Positions 59,010-64,000 of a DNA stretch of 64,000 nucleotides are shown here, piece after piece. Under the pieces are notes generated by a model. That model was not told the DNA's origin. It worked only from the letters and a program-made list of their open reading frames with translations, and ran no database searches. How positions within the stretch are numbered: the stretch's first letter is position 1; each line of letters begins with the position of its first letter. Made by a program: the position numbers and the translations under genes. The DNA is from the human T2T-CHM13v2.0 reference genome, Homo sapiens, in NCBI RefSeq assembly GCF_009914755.1, contig NC_060947.1; one strand, given 5' to 3'.

Positions 59010-59398
59010 TTTCTATTTTAGGTTTGGGGGTACATGTGAAGTTTTGTTACATAGATAAACACATATTATGGGGGTCTGTTGTATTAGGCTGGTGCAAAAA
59101 TAATTGCAGTTTTTGCTATTACTTTTAATGGTGAAAACCGCAATTACCTTTGCACCAACCTAATACATATTTTATATCACCCAGGTATTAAGCTCAGTAC
59201 TCAATAGTTATCTTTTCTGTTCCTCTCCCTCCTCCCACCGTGCCTCCTCAAGTAGACCCTAGTGTCTGCTGTTTCGTTCTTTGTGTTCACACATCCTTAT
59301 CATTTAGCTCTCACTTATAAGTGAGAACATGCAGTATTTGTTTTTCTGTGCCTGCATTAGTTTGCTAAGGATGACAGCCTCCAGCTCCATCTATGTTG
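59010..59398 (-). mobile_element. Older L1PA (about PA13-16) 3'UTR fragment hosting MADE1
   Basis: ggggtacatgtgaagttttgttacatag ... cacttataagtgagaacatgcagtatttg. Confidence 0.85.
59084..59163. mobile_element. MADE1 (Hsmar1-derived MITE), complete 80-bp palindrome
   Basis: ttaggctggtgcaaaaataattgcagtttttgctatt-actttt-aatggtgaaaaccgcaattacctttgcaccaacctaa with TA on both sides. Confidence 0.96.
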
Positions 59399-59967
59399 AT
59401 GCTCTCTTTTCGAGATGTAGAAATATATGTTAATAGAAATAATATGTGGAAATGAATAGGCAATTTGAGGTATCATTTTTATTTCTATAGAATTTGAAGC
59501 AATTATTCAATGTATACTAAACATTTATAAAAAGTCTGACATTGGCAAGTGTTGAATGAGGTTAAATGGAAAAGAATCAGAAGAAACATTGGACAGTGCA
59601 CATACTCCAGGAATATATTTTTTACTTTAGCAAATTTTTAAAAAATTTAAAAGAGAGAGAGAAATAGAGAATGGGAGAGAGAAGAGGGAAGGAAGGAAGG
59701 ATGAAGGAAATAAAGGCACAGGAACAGAATAGAAGAACATGATGGGGTTGATGACTTTTTTATTATTTATTCATGTACTTATTTATTTATTTATTTTTTA
59801 CCGTATCGCTGTCTTTTATTCAGAATGGGTATAGTTGAAATCCTTTCTTCTATCATATATTTGCTTAAAGGAAAGAGCAGATTCAGATGTGTTATGTAAA
59901 AATGGTTTCGGATGGATACTGCACAGCCAAAGAGTAAAATATGGTCATGTAATCCTTGCTCTCCGTA

Positions 59968-60166
59968 TCATATATATATACGTATATATGTATACATACA
60001 TATATACGTATATACTTATACGTATATATGTATGTATACATATATATGTATACAGTATATATGTATACAGTATATATGTATACATACATATATATGTATA
60101 CAGTATATATGTATACAGTATATACAGTATATATGTATACAGTATATAATATAATATATATAATAT
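59968..60166. repeat. Complex (TA)n / TATACG / TATACAG microsatellite
   Basis: Visible directly in the sequence. Confidence 0.95.
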
Positions 60167-60167
60167 A

Positions 60168-60574
60168 CTGATGTTTCCCAACTTACAATGCTTTGACTTA
60201 CGATTTTTCAACTTTACAATGGTGTGAATGCGATACACATTCAATAGAAACCATACATTGAATCTTGAATTTTGATCTTTTCCTGGGCTAGCAATATGTA
60301 GTAGGAGACTCTCTTGAGATGCCAGGCAGCTGCAGCTCCCAGCAGGCACATGAACATAAGGGTGAACAACTGATACTGTACAGTGTACTGTGTTGCCTGA
60401 TGAGTTTGCCCAACTCTAGGCTAATGTAAGTGTTCTGAGCATGTTTAATGTAGGCTAGGCTAAGCTAGGATGTCCAGTAGGTTAGGCATACTAAACGCCT
60501 TTTTGACTTATGATATTTTCAACTTACAATGGGTTTATTGAGACATAGCCTCATCATAAATTGAGGACCATTTG
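60168..60574. mobile_element. TcMar-Tigger DNA transposon (Tigger4/Zombi-like)
   Basis: TIR-like ctgatgtttcccaacttacaatg and cataaattgaggaccatttg with TA flanks; internal aggctaggctaagcta. Confidence 0.8.
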
Positions 60575-60734
60575 TATATATGTTATGTATCATATATATT
60601 TTATATATAATTACATATTTGATATATGGTATACTTTATATATAATAATATATGTAATATATATGTTATAGTTTCTCAGTTACATATGTTAGATTGGCAT
60701 ATACTGTTGATATGTGTACTACTTTAAGTTTAAA

Positions 60735-61480
60735 TTTTATTGTGGTAAGAATATTGAACATGAGATCTACCCTCTTAACAGATTTTTAAGTGGACAACAC
60801 TGTTCACGATAGACACAATGTTGTACAGCAGATCTCTAGAATTCACTCATCTTGCATTACTGAAACTTTATGTCCATTCAATAGCAACTCCCCATTGCCC
60901 CCTACCCCTGCACCTTGCAACCACACTGTTTTTCTCTCTGCTTCTATGGGTCTATTTTAGATACCTCATATAAGTGAAATCATGCAGTATTTGTCCTTCT
61001 GTGACTGGCTTTTTACACTTAACATAATATCCTTAAAGTCCATACATATTGTGTATTATAGCATTTCTTTCCTTTTAACAGCTGAATAATATTCCATTAT
61101 ATGGATAAACCACATTTTTAAAATCCAGTCATCTGTCAATGGACACTTATTTTGTTTTTATATTTTGGCTATTGTGAATAGTTTTGCAACGAACATAGGA
61201 TGTTAATATCTCCTGATTTCAATTCTTTTGGATAAATACCCAGAAGTGGGATTGCTGGATCATATAGTAATTCTATTTTTAATTTTTTGAGGAACCATCA
61301 TAGTATTTTCCACGGCAGCTGCACCATTTTGCATTCCCACCAACAGTGTATGTCAGTTCCAATTTCTCCACATCTTCTTTAACTCTTGTCTTTATTTTTA
61401 TAACAGTTATCTTAACAGGGTGAGGTGATACCTTGATTTGCATAATTTTAATTTGCATTTATCTGATGATTAGTGATGTT
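60735..61480 (-). mobile_element. L1MA/MB 3' fragment
   Basis: aacatgagatctaccctcttaaca...gtacagcagatctctagaa...cccagaagtgggattgctggatcatat. Confidence 0.85.
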
Positions 61481-62339
61481 ACACAGCTATGTTTTAAAGA
61501 CAATTTCAATTTACTTGAACTTTACTCGGCAAATACTTAAGGCCCCACACTTATACATGAAAACAACTACTTCCAACCCTCTGTATTGATGGTTGGGGGG
61601 CTGTTCACAGTCACTTTTGAGAGAAGTGTAGCTTCCCAGTTAGCTAACTGACAGTAAAGAGAAATATTTATACAGGTTGTGCTATATTCTTACAGAGAAT
61701 GCAAGCCAGAAGCAGAAAAGCCACTGGCATACATTCTGCTTGAGTTCACTGGCAGTACTGACCTGGGAAATGCAGCCCAATGGGCACCACCAAATGTCCA
61801 CCCTGATTTATTCAAACTTTAACTGGTTAAATGCAGCTTTATTCTCCTCAATGAAGATAATGAACATGAATTCCCTTAATAAATGTATTCCAACAATGTC
61901 ACATCCCAGCCAGGTAGAATTATTTCTCCCAACACTAGGAGGCATGTACTTTCATTTTCCATGTACTTTTCTTGAGTCAGCCTCCTAGGAGATAGGACTC
62001 TCCTAGGGAGACTCCTAGGAGTTCTCCCTAAATAACATAAAACACCTTCACCTTTAAAAGGGCTTGGGTTTATTAAATCTGATTTACGATGAGTACTGTG
62101 ACAGTTGCCAGATGGCAAATATTCAATTGCTGTTGGCCTTTCATCAGTAATCATCATTTCTAAAGGAATGAGGTGCCTTCTTAGTTTCAAATCTTCTGAA
62201 CTGCTATAGACTTTCAGTCAGTACTACACAATCTCTCAATTATGAAATATTTTATGCTGTTCTTTAGCAAAATGAATTATATAATTCTCTTTTCAGTAAG
62301 GCTTGGGCCTACCTCACTACATTTTATAGAGCTGAGCAT

Positions 62340-63160
62340 ATAATAATAGGTAATTAATCATTGCTTATAAGTTTGATGTAATAAACATTTTTTCTTACTC
62401 TCTACTATGTTACAAACACTGTGCTATGCAGAAAGGCTTGCTATATGTTTCACAAAATATGTCTTTGACCCTTATTTCAGAGTCTTGTGGGTCAGATGAA
62501 TATGTAAATCAATAGTAACAACTAAACCTGTGAAATGTCATAGCAGGAGTTTATATAAAGGTGAATGGAAGCACTAGATCAGGATGAGAAAATCTCACTA
62601 AAGACATTTGTTATAAACTGTTTCAACGAAAGAAAGTAGACAACAGGAGGAAGAAGTTTTTCCAGTAGAATGAAAAACATGGAAACAAACATCATGAGGT
62701 GTTTAGGGAAGAGAAGCATACTAGTTCTTGTCAGAGCATAGGGTGTGTAGGAAGAAGATGGGGAAAGGGATGAGGCAGGGCCATGTTAAAGAATTTGGAT
62801 TTTATCCCAAAGAAGTTGGAGGGCCACTTAAAGGTTTTAAGCAAGAGAGGGTCATGTTCAGATTTGCACTTTTACATAGCCCACTCTAGCAGCAACATGG
62901 ATCATAGTTCAGAATATCATGAGCAGACCAATTAGCAGACTATTGGAATAATCCAGGTGGGAAACAATGGTGGCTTACACTAGGGTTATGGAAGTAACAA
63001 TAGGAAGTTCAATAGTGATAAATTTGAGAAGCATTATGGAAATGAAATAAACAGCATCTCATGACTAATAGAGGAAAGAGTTTGAAGGAGAAGTGAGACA
63101 CAAGGTTTCTAGACTGGGAACCCTGGGAGATGGTGATGGTGTTAAATCAAGATTAGGTAT
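62340..63160 (-). mobile_element. L2 fragment
   Basis: gaatttggattttatcc...aaggttttaagcaagagagggtcatgttcagatttg. Confidence 0.7.
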
Positions 63161-63199
63161 GACGCCAAGAAGCCAGAATTTGTAGTATGAGCTGGAACA

Positions 63200-63385
63200 T
63201 TCACAACTTACCAGCTACAAGGTTTGGAGCAAGTCTTTTCCACCTGGGAAACTCAGTTTCTTCACAGAAGGAAAAATAGCTACAACTTACCTCACAGGTC
63301 TGTTGTAAAAATTAAATGCAATCATGTATATAAACATACATCATATGCAGGAAGATGAAGATGCTATATACAAATGTTAATCATT
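63200..63385 (+). mobile_element. MIR SINE
   Basis: ctcagtttcttc...acctcacaggtctgttgtaaaaattaaatg. Confidence 0.7.
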
Positions 63386-64000
63386 ATTCTGTTGACTTGA
63401 GAACTCACATTTCTTGAATCTAGCAGAACCAAACAATGACTTTGCTCCTAAGAACCAGTGACTAATACTATGTCTCTCATAATTAAATAAAATGTTGCGT
63501 ATGTAGGACAGGTAGGCAGAAGGGATTATTCAAGTCATAATGATGAGTCAAAATGACAAGTCGATCACCCACACTCCCCAGCCCTCTTCCCTATGCTGCC
63601 AAGCAGGAAATGGTTGTCAGAGGTTATTGTGCAGGTGACAGTTAACAGCCGTACCTTTAACATTCCATCAAACCTGTTATTTCAACCTGCTTTTAGTCAC
63701 ATAGGTAAGGATTCTACTTATGTCCTAAAAAAGCAACAGTTGTAACTTGGTAATTTGAGATTTGTTTATACCTGCCAATCAGTGGATTCTGAGCAAGAAA
63801 AATGCCCTCAGGTTCAAGGAGGACACAAACACAAATGCTTTGAACACAAAATTCTTTGAACTGTCATCGAAAATTCTACATAAATAATAATTAACATGAC
63901 CTTTGACTTGGTCATCAGTGATGTCTTGCCCTCAAACTTGTATTCTGAAAAGGTGTGTACACTTTCATTCTCTTCCTCTAAATTGTTTTGTGAAGGAAAC

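Overview
Primate (very probably human) genomic DNA: AT-rich, CpG-depleted and dominated by interspersed repeats. These include Alu, L1PA/PB/MA/MC/ME, L2, MIR, MaLR and ERVL LTRs, a truncated MLT2A1/HERV-L provirus, and hAT-Charlie, Tigger and MADE1 DNA transposons. I recognise no host protein-coding exon, so the window looks intergenic or deep intronic, and nearly all ORFs in the track are TE-derived or spurious. I see no convincing evidence of a new multi-gene system. The interesting signals are fossilised molecular events: (1) an inverted Alu pair inserted as one polyadenylated retrocopy with a single 17-bp TSD, carrying a strand-biased A-to-G (ADAR-like) signature (1773-2431); (2) a tailless 5S rRNA retropseudogene; (3) a 183-bp inverted templated copy of an L1 junction placed inside a TA microsatellite; (4) an L1PA3-like insertion with both a twin-priming 5' inversion and a 3' transduction, which creates a 579-codon chimeric RT-only ORF; and (5) a full-length L1PA6-like element. 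Subfamily calls come from remembered consensus diagnostics and need RepeatMasker/Dfam confirmation. Boundaries of the old elements are approximate.
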